Source: Eledone cirrhosa
Lineage: Eukaryota
Assembly: GCA_964016885.1 (NCBI GenBank)
Contig: OZ024740.1
Span: 34,720,001 to 34,784,000 of the forward strand
DNA length: 64,000 nt
Direction of reading: 5' to 3'
The notes under the pieces are model-generated. The model ran no database searches. It saw nothing but the letters and a program-made list of their open reading frames with translations, and was not told where the DNA came from. Below, one piece after another: positions 37,810-52,000 of this stretch. A program made the translations under genes and the position numbers. Each line of letters opens with the position of its first letter. Position 1 is the first letter of the stretch.

Positions 37810-38004
37810 ATTGTTCAAGAAGCTCTTGATAAAGCCAGAGCAGGCCGTACCTGTTTAGTTGTTGCCCACAGACTTTCAACAATTAAGAATGCTGACAAAA
37901 TAGCTGTCATAGTTGATGGCAAGGTACATGAAATAGGAACACATACTGAATTAGAGGAGAACAGGGATGTTTACTTTGATTTACTTAAAAATCAAACTCT
38001 TTAA
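37810..38004 (+). CDS. ABCB1: ABCB1-like terminal coding exon (H-loop, stop)
   Basis: tttcag|; [64 protein letters not shown] then TAA at 38002-38004. Confidence 0.96.
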   Translation: MVQEALDKARAGRTCLVVAHRLSTIKNADKIAVIVDGKVHEIGTHTELEENRDVYFDLLKNQTL

Positions 38005-38236
38005 ATTTTGTTTAGGAAACAATTGTATCTGGAAATGTTGGAAACATCACATTATAATCATTATATTTGGGGAGGAATTTATATTTTCAATAAGATCTTT
38101 TATTCAAATTTTACATATGTATATACAAATATAGATACATTCATAAACGCAGGTATAGACACACACACACACGCATGTGCGTACCACTCCGCACGCGCTC
38201 TCTCACAGATACGCACACGCACACACAGACACACAA

Positions 38237-38299
<63 letters not shown>

Positions 38300-38305
<6 letters not shown>

Positions 38306-38497
38306 GAAAGTGAACAATACAAAATATAACTACTCCATTACCAAAAGTTTCTGGCTCACAGACGATAATAATATACGTCTGGATTGTTCGTAACATCTAT
38401 ATCTGACGAAAGATCCAGACGTATATTATTATCGTCTGGGATCCAGAAACCTTTGGTAATGGAGTAATTATATTTTGTGTTGTTCACTTTCTAATTA
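38300..38497. repeat. Fold-back element (~83-bp arms) downstream of the ABCB1 stop
   Basis: aattagaaagtgaacaa... is inverted to ...ttgttcactttctaatt; same family as 34204-34451. Confidence 0.9.
38396..38463 (+). ncRNA. Hammerhead ribozyme motif (stem I imperfect)
   Basis: CTGACGA-[GATCCAGACG..CGTCTGGGATC]-GAAAC-CTTTG-GTA^ATGGA. Confidence 0.7.
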
Positions 38498-38854
38498 AAT
38501 AGCTCTGTTCTATACATAGAGTACTCTTTTTTCCTTTGCTTTTCCTTTGGAATTACCTAACACACACACATATATATGTATATTCCGTTTATGTTGGGTA
38601 GAACTGGTCATTCCGGTTAGTAAACCATGATGAAATTCTAAGAAAGGCACTGTACGTTATGCAATCATCCAGCAAAGATGCTGAATCTCGAGGTTGATGC
38701 AGGAATGGAGTAGAATATTTATTTAAAACAACAGAAGGCTAGACTGAAAATATCCTTTTAAAATTTCAATGTTGCACCCTATATAGAATACACACCAAGA
38801 TTACAATGATGTTGAAGTGTATACAACGTTTTAGGACACCCTATATATATGTAT

Positions 38855-39021
38855 ATATCAATAATATTAATAAATGAAAAATATCTTTATAAAACCATAT
38901 TTATTTTATAAATAAGATTATAGATAATAAATGATGGAATGTTTTAAGATCTATTCATCTCTCAAGATAAAATAAATATGGTTTTATAAAGATATTTTCC
39001 ATTTATTAATATTATTGATAT
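38855..39021. repeat. AT-rich inverted repeat (~55-bp arms)
   Basis: atatcaataatattaataaatg... is inverted to ...catttattaatattattgatat. Confidence 0.88.
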
Positions 39022-39105
39022 TATACTCCAGAAGAATCTTGTTGAGTGCTTCTAATCTGTTATAGATTAACTTTGTTGAATAATCAACAAACCAGATAAC
39101 TCATT

Positions 39106-39159
<54 letters not shown>

Positions 39160-39438
39160 CAAAGTGTTGTAGTTTGCTTGAAGAATTGTGGAATAAGAAA
39201 TACAAATTTAAATAAATTTAAAATATTTGGAAGCTTGATAATATGTGCGAGATTAAAAGTGCCAAGATGATAGGAGTTATTAAGAATAAGAACGGTAGAA
39301 TTTTACCATAGCAACTTTATTGAACTCAAATATTTTCTGATTTACCATCCATTATCCAGAGAGAGTGTATAGGTATTTAAAGTTTTAAAGAACAATCAGA
39401 GAAGAGTTGTTGTTGGTTAGCAGATTTAATTTAATATA

Positions 39439-39598
<160 letters not shown>

Positions 39599-39730
39599 TC
39601 TGGCAATATTATAACACTATGACCCTCCCCAAGTATATGTATGTAAAAGGTAAACAGAAATAACAACACAATCGGTACAGTATATGGAAGGAATATATTA
39701 GGTTAACGCTTGAAATACCAGGAAGAAGGT

Positions 39731-39768
39731 TTTAAGGTTTCGGACGCTAGTCCTTCATCAGAAGAAAG
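39731..39768 (-). ncRNA. Hammerhead core, degenerate stems I/III
   Basis: Minus strand CTGATGAA-GGAC-TAGC-GTCC-GAAAC. Confidence 0.6.
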
Positions 39769-39869
39769 AATGAGAAATAAGATAGATTGAAGGGACCGGC
39801 GGGGTGGAATTGGAAAATATGTCGTTAGATAAAAATAACAGGTCCATTCATGTTGACATCTCTTGGAAG

Positions 39870-40034
39870 GAGAGAAGAGTGCTCTATGTATTGTACAGAA
39901 CTATTTAATTACATAATAAACAACACAATATAATTATTTCATTACCGACGAACGAACTGGATGTTTCTTGCAAGGATCATCTAGTTTCTTGAAACCTTCT
40001 GTAATGAAATAATTATATTGTGTTGTTTATTATC

Positions 40035-40040
<6 letters not shown>
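39870..40040. repeat. Third member of the fold-back family, with a decayed hammerhead between the arms
   Basis: Arms 39906-39945 and 40001-40040; CCGACGA-[gaactggatg..catctagtttc]-GAAAC-CTTCT-GTA; the family tag tacatagagcactct is on the minus strand. Confidence 0.75.
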
Positions 40041-40081
<41 letters not shown>

Positions 40082-40407
40082 CGAAGGAAGTGTGGTAAGG
40101 AACCAGGTGGACCATAACGCACCAGAGTACTCAATACTTTGGGTAGTAGAGTGGGTAATAGGAAATATATATATATATATATATTGGAAAATGTGTGAGA
40201 TCCTTGGTACAGTAAGGTATATTTAAAAAAAAGGTAAAGAATGACTTCACTTGTAGTTCTAAACAATTTGATTTAATTTTATGATATTATGATTTGGTTG
40301 ATGGAGTAAGTTCTTTGTTAACTTCGGTGGGAAGAATTTTAAAGATTCCTGGTTAACTTTCGTGGAGAACTTTCTCGCATTCGTCGGTGGTGGTGGGGAT
40401 TGGCAAA

Positions 40408-40478
<71 letters not shown>

Positions 40479-40878
40479 CGGTGTGTGCTGTGTGTGTGTA
40501 TGTGTGTGTGTGTGTAAATAGTAAATAGAAATAACAAAGCAAACAACATAGTACAACGAGGAAATATATTAAGAGAAAATAGAGTTATCTGCTTTTTGTA
40601 GGCAGTTTTACGTTTTTGAAAAGTGGATTTGCGTAACAAACAGGAAAAAGCAACTTACCAGTTAGTCGTGCTAAACGCTCTCAATGGAGTTATGTAACAA
40701 ATATCTTGATGATACAAGATGCATCACCGAGTGTGGTACTTAGGTTTCAAGGAGTGATCCATGGAATAATATAATATACACGGGATATCAGGAAAAACTA
40801 CTAACATTTATTTATACAATATTGTATCAATAAACGTTTCTTTGAACTTCAATAAATGTTGCCTAGTTCTTCTCGTTT

Positions 40879-40932
<54 letters not shown>

Positions 40933-41339
40933 CCCGCTTACACACACATATAGATATGTATATGTACATACTCAAACGTCGCAAATACATGTATACATAC
41001 ATACATACATATATACATACATGCATGCATACATACACATACATATATAGATACATATAAACATACATATATACATACAAACATGCATGCATGCATACAC
41101 ATACATATAAACATACATATATACATACGTACATGCATACCCGCATACATGATGGCTTCCCCCTCGTTATCGAGTATGGCCATTGCACGAAAGAAAAACT
41201 AAAAAACACACATATATCTTAATAATTAACAGTGCTGCGATCGAATGTGGCTTTTTAGCCCAGCCAATGATCTAAAATGTCTTGCACAGAGTTGGCAACC
41301 AAGACATTCACTGGGAATAGCCAGCTGTGGTTGGACTTG

Positions 41340-42585
41340 ATGTACTTTTGCATGTCTTTTGAGAGCTCCTGCTAATCTACACTCTTTTCCATTGCTTGAC
41401 AGGTATGATGAGTAGCATCTCCGACAGCAGCCTCGTAGTCACCACTGGTCTCACTTTATGACTGCAAAGATGACTTTCGAGTGCAGCTTTGCTGAGGCAG
41501 AGTCTTGTATAGACGTTGCATGTCAGTGACATAGGAGGACCTTTGCTGTCTGGAAATGCAACAGCAATGCCCTTCCTCACATCCCTCTTTACTTCCTCGT
41601 ATGTGATTCGAGATGCCTCAAAAGCAACTTTTCCCTCATATACAGTCTTTCTCCATTTATTATGATCAACAGCTACGCTTTCCCATGTATCAGCAGAGAT
41701 GTTAGCGTCTTTCAATAAGGTTTTCAACGAATCCTTATATCACTTTTTTGGTTTATGTGGAGGTTGTTTTCCTTTAACTAACTCTCCATAAAAGAGTTGT
41801 TTTGGTATTCCTTCATCCTGGCAAGGTGACCACTCCATCGGAGTCTTTGCTTAAGCACAAGAGCTTCTATACTGTCACATAGAGAGCTTTCCAAAATATC
41901 GACATCACTGATGTGGTCCCTCCAGTGAACGCCATGGATCGATCTGAGAGACATCTGATGGAAACGATCCAACTGTTTAAGGTGGTATCGATATGTGACC
42001 CAGGTCTCGTAGGCATAAAGAAGAGAAGAGAGCACACATGCCTTGTACACCTTTACCTTTGTCTTCTTGCATATGTCACGCCGACCCCAGTGTCGCCTTT
42101 CTAGCTTTCCGAAAGCATCATTTGCTTTCCTAATCTTGAGTGGAATTTCATTATCAAGGTTGCTGTATCGATTGACAGTGCTTCGCAGGTAGACAAACTG
42201 ATCAACCACTCCATGTCGTTTACCATACACATAGATATTTGGTTCACTGTACTACTTACCAGGAGCAGGTTGGTATATAACAACGGTTTTCTTGAGACTT
42301 ACAGTAAATCCTAAGGCAGTGCAATCATCAGAAAATGCATTCAAAATATGATGCATATCAATCTCTGTGTTCGCTACAAGATCGTAGTCATCTGCATACA
42401 AGAGGTCTCTTATGATAGAGGTAAATACTTTTGTTTTTGCAGCAAAGCGCCTGATGTTAAATATGTTGCCAGAGGTTCGATAGTAGATATAAACATCATG
42501 CTTGCAATTCCTGAATGCAATATAGAAAACCATCCCAAAATATATGGCAAATAGGGTCGGTGTTGGAATATCACTGGGTCTGGCG
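41340..42585 (-). mobile_element. RTE (BovB-like) LINE, 5'-truncated and degraded
   Basis: YRTSGNIFNIRRFAAKTKV..IRDLLYADD, TKVKVYKACVLSSLLY..ETW, RLRWSGHLARM; a SINE follows at 42583-42740. Confidence 0.88.
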
Positions 42586-43345
42586 CCATGCTTTGCAACA
42601 AAGAGTTACGGCCCTTTATGGTCTGGGTTCAAATCCCGCCGAGATTAACTTTGTCTTTCATCCTTACAGGGTCGATAAAATAAAATACCAGTAATGTACT
42701 GCGTAATTGCTGGCCTTGTGCCAAAAGTAGAAACAATTATTTTTCACTTAAAAAAAGGACCTGTTCCAATCTATATTTCAAAGAAGACCAGCCTCTTTCA
42801 CCCTGCCAGCTACTGATATATCACACTCACTTCAAACAATATAGAGATGATTGTAAACAATAAATTATTTCATTCTCTTCTCTTCCTCCTCCAGTACTGT
42901 TGTTGAGAGCCCAATCATACTGACGACAAGTTTCCATATATCACACAGCAGTCATTACTTGCTATTGAGAGTTTCGGTGAAATCAAGGTTGTTCTTGATT
43001 TTAGTAAATCTATTAACCGTAGCCAGCTATGTAGCGTACATGTGATCATTATTGGCATTCATCTCCTGGATCGAAAAGAAAACCCTGCTGGATGCTCCTG
43101 TGCAATGAACGTTGATGGGATTCCCATGCATATTCTACCATACCTGGTTTACGTACTCCAATATTCGCTTATTAAAGGTCTTGTCTGTGATATTTTTCAA
43201 AACATACCACCTTTCATCCTTCGTGTTCTCTTAACCTTCCGCTGGAATACGACCCCAATATTCAGCTTAGACACTTCACACCAGGCCTGCGACGTCACCA
43301 ATAAAAGAGATTTTGACAACCATCAATAGATCAATGACAAAATTG

Positions 43346-45339
<1,994 letters not shown>

Positions 45340-45404
45340 TATAGGAAAAGAGTCAGGACCCCGATGGCTAAGCTCCGGCCGTTTCGACAGCTAGATCTGA
45401 ACTG

Positions 45405-45702
45405 TCTTGAGTTCGGATCTAGCTGTCTAAACGACACCATGTGACTTCTGGCTTTTCCCAAATCTGAAAAGCACGCTGAAAGGGAAGCAATTTGAGTCAT
45501 GAGAGAAGATTATGAGAAAAGCGACGGCGGAGCTCTATAGCATTCCAGAGAAGGCATTCCAGAGGTGTTACCAACCGTAGCAGAACCGCTGGGAAAACTG
45601 TATGAACTCCCAAGGGGAGTACTTTGAAGATGATTAAATAAAAGTTGAGAAATGTAGAAAATTGTTTTTTTTATGCCCAAAATTCGGAGACCTTTTGAAC
45701 GC
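45405..45702 (+). mobile_element. mariner transposase C-terminal remnant and right end
   Basis: PCDFWLFPNLKSTLKGKQFES...RWENCMNSQGEYFEDD*. Confidence 0.82.
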
Positions 45703-46609
45703 TGTTTCTAAATGTACAAAATTTAAATATATATTCCAGTTTTCCAGACATACCTGACCAATAAGTAGCTTATTTTATATGTTCTTTTATGGTTACCTTT
45801 ATATGTACAAGAAGTTTCAATCTATCTTACAGCAGACAGTGAATGTAGTGAATTGGCAGAGCGGTTAGGATGTTGGATCGAATGCTTTGTGGTATTCGTT
45901 TCGGCGATCTGCTCTCTGAGTTCAAATCCTGCCAATAACTACTTTACCTTTCACCCCTTCGAGGTCAATAAAAAAGTACCAGTCTAGTACTGGGGTCGAT
46001 TCTTTCTCTTTGTCTGTCTCTCACTTCAATTCTCTCACTCTCTATCCTTCTCTGGAAGAAATCTACTGTATTCAAACCTGGAGAGGAAATGGGCTCCGCT
46101 AGGTTTTAATAAACTGCCCTGGAAATGCCGTATGCTAATAGGGCGCCCCCACAACTACCTCAGGAGTTCGGGACCATACATACAAACCATGTTTTGGCCT
46201 GTGTTTGTGTTTCTACCTATAGTTAAAGTTTGTGTGCCGGCTAGGTTAGCTATAGCAATTTCTGTAGAATAGCTGATATATAGCCATCTTTTACATTAGT
46301 ATAACATTTCGTGTGAAATAAATACGGACATACCTAAAGTGGAGAGTCTACTTATTCTCAACTAACACATACATTTCACATTGACTGTCTTATCAATGTA
46401 GGTCAAATCTAGGTCTAAATGTAAAAATATTCCCATGCTTATTAGCAATTCTGAAAAATTGATGTAAAATAATTATAAATCATAAATAAAGACCAGAGAA
46501 TGAATATTTTAAACTGAAAATATTGTTTTATTAAACAATTGTTTTATTAAAATCTAATGTTAAGTGGGATGGGTAAGTGAAGTGAATAAAATGTCAAATA
46601 TCTTTAGAC

Positions 46610-47015
46610 CTGGAATGGACTTCCGTCGGTTTCGACGACAAGTGTTATAGTTCTTTTATTAATGGAACAGATTGCTCAGGAAATTAAAGCAAAAGTGGCT
46701 GAGTATTCCAGAGCCACCTGTATCCTTAACATAATTCTCAGGGAGATACTGCGTGACAATATGTGTCAACATTAGTCTTTTGAATCACAGGGAAAGTTTA
46801 TTCAACGGGCTTCGATCAACACTGGTCATTTGAATCACAGGAAGAGTTCATTCAATGGGTTTCGATCAACATTAGTCTTTTGAATGACAGGAACAGTCCA
46901 TTCAACGGGCTTCGATCAATATTGGTCCTTTGAATTACAGGAACAGTCCATTCAACGGGCTTCGATCATCAACACTGGTCCTTTGAATCACAGGAAGAGA
47001 TCATTCAACGGGTTT
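46610..47015. repeat. SINE-like body (46610-46790) running into a ~50-bp minisatellite (about 5 copies)
   Basis: Unit tttgaatcacaggaagagttcattcaacgggcttcgatcaacactggtc. Confidence 0.8.
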
Positions 47016-48142
47016 CAAAATAGTTTCTGTTTAATAAACTTTATTCACGAAACTATAATAAATGACACCTGCCCAAGATGGTCTGTATGACAGAATCCGG
47101 AATCTAATGATTGCTAAGCGAACTTCTTAACAATTCTAACATGCCAGCGTCCTGATTAGAATATATTGTGGACTGTCTGGTCATAATCGAGATATTTCTG
47201 CTTTATGTATGGTTTTATCCCAACACAATAACTTCAAAATAAAATGTTTTATCCGTGTCATTGGTTAAATAATGTATCATTCAGAGTCAGTGATAACTTT
47301 TTTAGGAAGTGAGCCATACTATGTATTTTTAACACGAACGATATAGCAGAAAGATTATAATTTTTAATTAATTATAGTATACAATACGATCTTCCCGTAT
47401 TATGTAATATAAATCACGATCTTCTCGTTCGGCGGCGGTAAATCTTTTATCTGGGACACAACATGCAGAAACCTGATACATTTGGTGACTGACTCAGACT
47501 TCGTTGCCCGACAAATCGAAGAGCGCAAGCTATCAAAATATTAGCTGATAGGTTTATCCCAGATAGGTTTGTCATCGAACCTGTAGCAATGGAGACTTCC
47601 GGTTTTCTTGGTCTCCGGACAACCTCTTTACTCTCACTACCATCGGGTGGAGTTGGCCACTAACAGGAGTGAGATCTACGTGTTGGAATGGCTATTCTAA
47701 CGCGTCCTATTCGCCTTCCTCTGGGGAAACACTTTCTCCATTCTGTATGTCAACTGAGACCACGGGTCGGCGAATGTCTGGAGTCCTGCATATCAAAGGA
47801 TGCTCCTGTCCCACTCACACCGTCCGGCCCGTATCGTGTGAGTATTGATATTTGAGCACATTTTTGGAGTCAAGGCGACTGTGAGGACACATTAGTAAAC
47901 AATTGATAAGAGTACAGTTTCACCTGCTTTGTTATATATTTTTATTTTCATATTATTGTTTTAGATATTTATTAGAACATTGTTACTAAGTAGATGGTAT
48001 TTCTTATATGTTAATAAGGAGTGGTCATATAGAATGTCTCTCCTGAAATTAGATATCCCTTAAACACTAGAATTAAGAATTCCAGCTGGTTATTCAACCA
48101 TTGAATGTAAGCTAGTCTCTAAAGTTAAACATCTATTCATCG

Positions 48143-48610
48143 CCCGATTTAATATCACCACTTACATATGGTAGGTAGCCTTTGTAGAATTTGCTGTCCA
48201 GTTTAATATAATCACTTATCCTATGGTAGCCTTTATGGAATCTATTACCTGGTCATCCAGTTTAATATCACCGTTAAGACACTGGAAGCTTTTATGGAAT
48301 CTGTTGTCCGGTTTAATGTCACCATTTAGACCATGGTAGCTTTTGTGGAATCTGTTTCCGGTTTGATGTCACCGTTTAGACACTGGAAGCTTTATGGAAT
48401 CTGTTGTCCGGTTTGATGTCACCATTTAGACCATGGTAGCTTTTGTGGAATCTGTTGTCCGGTTTGATGTCACCATTTAGACCATGGTAGCTTTTTTGAA
48501 ATCTGTTGTCCGGTTTGATGTCACCATTTAGACCATGGTAGCTTTTGTGGAATCTGTTTCCGGTTTGATGTCACCATTTAGATCATGGTAGCTTTTGTGG
48601 AATCTGTTGT
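48143..48610. repeat. 49-51-bp minisatellite, about 9 copies, more divergent at the left
   Basis: Unit tgtcaccatttagaccatggtagcttttgtggaatctgttgtccggtttga; period 48417->48468. Confidence 0.92.
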
Positions 48611-48924
48611 TGCTGGCATTCAGAGCAGGTCTCCAATTCATTCATTTCTTTCTCGTAATCTGAAGATCTCACAAAAGTATCAAGAACACTATCAATCCTT
48701 GTAGGATAATTATTTTCTAATTTAGGCACACCCAGGAATATGGGGTCGAGGGAAATCGATTATATCGACCCCAGGACTTGACTGGCACTTTACTTTAAGG
48801 ACCTAGGAAGGATGAAAAGCAAACTTTACCTCGACAGGATTTGAACTCAGAATATAAAAGACCGTAACTGATAAACGAAAAGCATTTTATGCGCCTTTCT
48901 AACGCGTCAGCCAACTCGTCACCC

Positions 48925-48983
<59 letters not shown>

Positions 48984-49014
48984 ATAGTTGTAGTAGTAGT
49001 AGTAATTATAATGA

Positions 49015-52000
49015 TTTCATTTATTGGCCACAAGGGCCGACATATAGGGGACAATACAAAAGACTGGGACAGTGGGGTTTTACAGAAAAATCGAGTAAAC
49101 AATATGAATAAACAAAGTAACAATAACAAAGTAACAATAAAGTAACAAGAACATTACAACAAGAAAACATTCCCCAATAGGGGGGATGACCACCTAGGGT
49201 TCGCTCAGGTACCCCACCAGTCCTGAACGACCCGACGCTTCGAGAGAACCCTGGAAACGCACCCCTCTCCTCTTCAAATTTACCTACCTACAGCCGCATG
49301 ACCAGAGTAGGTCCACTCACACGGGCCATTCTCGCCACATTCACCCACCTTTCAGCAAATGTACTGGGGGGAAGCACTTCTCTCTCCACCCTCACCTTCC
49401 TTTACAAGTGAAACTTGAAAAAGTTGATGAGGGATTGGCCGAAGAGAAAAGTGTCTGTCTTCAGTCCTTTCAACCTCGTCCACCATACAACCTCTTTCGC
49501 TACTGCCACCAGACAGAGGAAAATTGCCTGCCCTTCCTGGCCAAAAGAAGGCGGCGGGTCGATCTTCACTATGGACTCGGCCGATAGCCGGATCCGTTCT
49601 ACACGCGACAACAGCTGTTCAACATAACTCTACAAGTCAGTAATGCACGGACACTGGACGAGTGCGTGCAGAACGGTTTCGTCGCTCTGCGCGCATCTCG
49701 GGCAGGTCCGTCTGACAGCACTTCCGTGCCTGTAGAGTTTATCTCGAACCGGTAGTGCCCCCCGGTAGCACTGCCAAGCGAGGGATTTTTGGAAATTATC
49801 CCGTCCCCGGCTCGAAAGTCCTCCGGTACAGACAGGTTAGTTCGACTTCGTTGACTCCCAGAGTCTCTCCGAGTGCGTCGTCGCACTTGCCCACCACTAA
49901 TCCTCTATAGAACTCGAGAGTGGAAGTTCCACTGACCGCATTGCCCGCCTGGTAGAGAGGAGTGAGTGCCTGGCAACATTCCAGATGCCAGTCACCCAGT
50001 CTCGGTCTCTTCTTGACCCAGGACTGCAACTCAGTCAAAGAGACGAGCTGCGGAAAGGCCCGTCTGACAAACGGCGACCACACCTGTTCACCGTTTAGGC
50101 AGAATATCTGGAGATGCCGCAGCCTCAGCGCGTGCCTGCGCATCATTAGCCACGGCATTCCCAGCCATCCACGTAGAAGGTGCTGGCAGCAGATGGACCG
50201 CCTCACCAGCGGAACCTGACCCCTCCACAAGAATTTGAAGAGGAGCCCCTCCAAGATGGCGAGGCGCGAACGGGGGCAAGGGACGACAGTCAGACGGTAG
50301 TAGATGACGGACGCGATGTACCCGTTCGCCACCTCAGCCCGACCTTTCAGTGATAGCTTCATCCCAACCCATTTCTGGGTGAGACTGACTACCCTGCCCG
50401 TCACCTCGTCCCAATTCTTATCCACCTGGAGGTCTGGCCCGAACCAAACCCCTAGCAACTTTACCGGTCCGTCCGTCCAGCGCCTAACGATGCTGTTGAA
50501 CGGCATGGACTTGCCTCTCCAGGTGCCGAGTTGCAAGCCCACTGACTTTTCCGGCTTAAGTTTTGCTCCCGTCAACCTTTCATATTCCTCCAATAAGTTG
50601 CCGACCACCTCGATTTCTGAGGTGTTCGACACCATCATGGTGATGTCGTCCGCATAAGCCGAAACAGCCCTTCCGCGTCCCGGTTCGAGCGGGATGCCCT
50701 GTAACAGCTCCAGCTTCCGCAGTGAAAGCTCGAGAGTCAATACGTACAGAAGGGAGGAGAGAGGGCACCCTTGACGGACCGATCGGGAGACCTGAAACGG
50801 TTCCGAGAGGTGGCCATTAATTTTGACCATCGAGCAGGTGCCGCTGTGCATTGCAGCGATCCAGCTTCTGAAGACGGGGCCGAAGCCAGCCGCCTTGAGG
50901 ACAGCCTCCAGGTACCGATGGTCGACTCTATCGAATGCTTTCGATTGATCTAAATTGATCAGAGCCCCACCGAAGCCAGGTTTACACCCTACCCTCTATA
51001 TGATGTATCGCATTAGGTGGAGGTTGTCGTGTATGGACCTGGTTGGGATTGCGCAAGTTTGCGCCTCCCCAACCAAATCCCCGACGACAAGCGCCAACCT
51101 CTTCGCTAACACCTTGGCCAAAATCTTAAACTCTGTGTTGAGCAGAGTTATGGGCCTGAAATTGTCTAATGTGTCCCTCTTGTTCTCGTCTTTCCTTATC
51201 AGCGTTACTACGCCCCGGCTCAGAGAACTGGGAATACTCCCGTTTTGCTGCCAGTTGCAGTAGAGCGCTTCGAGGAGATTGGAGAACAAGTCTGGCATAT
51301 TTAGGTAAAGCTCGTAGGGCAGACCATACAAACTGGGTGACTTGCGCCTCATGCAGCCTACAATGGCATCCTGAATCTCGGCTGAAGTAATTGGCCTTTC
51401 GCAGCGCCCAGCGTCAGCCGTCGAGAGTTGCGGCAAGCCATCGAGGTAGGGACTGAAGTCGCCACCATCTCTGACCCGCCACTTCCCCCGAACAACCGAG
51501 CAAAATGTTGGCGAAAGGCCTCACACATCCTCTTGGAATCATTCAGCTCGAGCCCGTCTCGATCCGTCAAAGACCGAATCGTGGTTTTATTACCACGCTG
51601 CGCCTCTGCCAGGCGAGCCCATCGAACAGCTTTGGTTCCCTCGTTTCTCAGAGCACGCGCCTTAGCTCTGACAATGCAACCTTCGTGTTTCGCATTGAAG
51701 AAATGGTCTAATGCCATTCTCGCCGCTAGCACATCAGTTGCAATGCCACTACCAATAGCCTCGTCTAACTTATCTACCAACTCCCCCTCCTTTCTATTTT
51801 TCTCTAACGCTACTTCTTTGCTAAACTCTATCGACATTACTCTAATCTCTCTTTTGAGAGCCCCCACCATCTATTGTTGACGACTCCCCCTGTCAACTTT
51901 TTCTTAACTAAATTGTTGACCTGGTCCCTGTAAGCCTTACGTGCCGGAAATGAGATGTTTAGCTTCCAGTAACCAGGTCCTAACCTACGCGTCTTATCTA

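Noticed and set aside
42760-43330. Very old LINE RT remnant (weak LDFSK-like motif)
   Set aside because: Too degraded to assign or bound by eye
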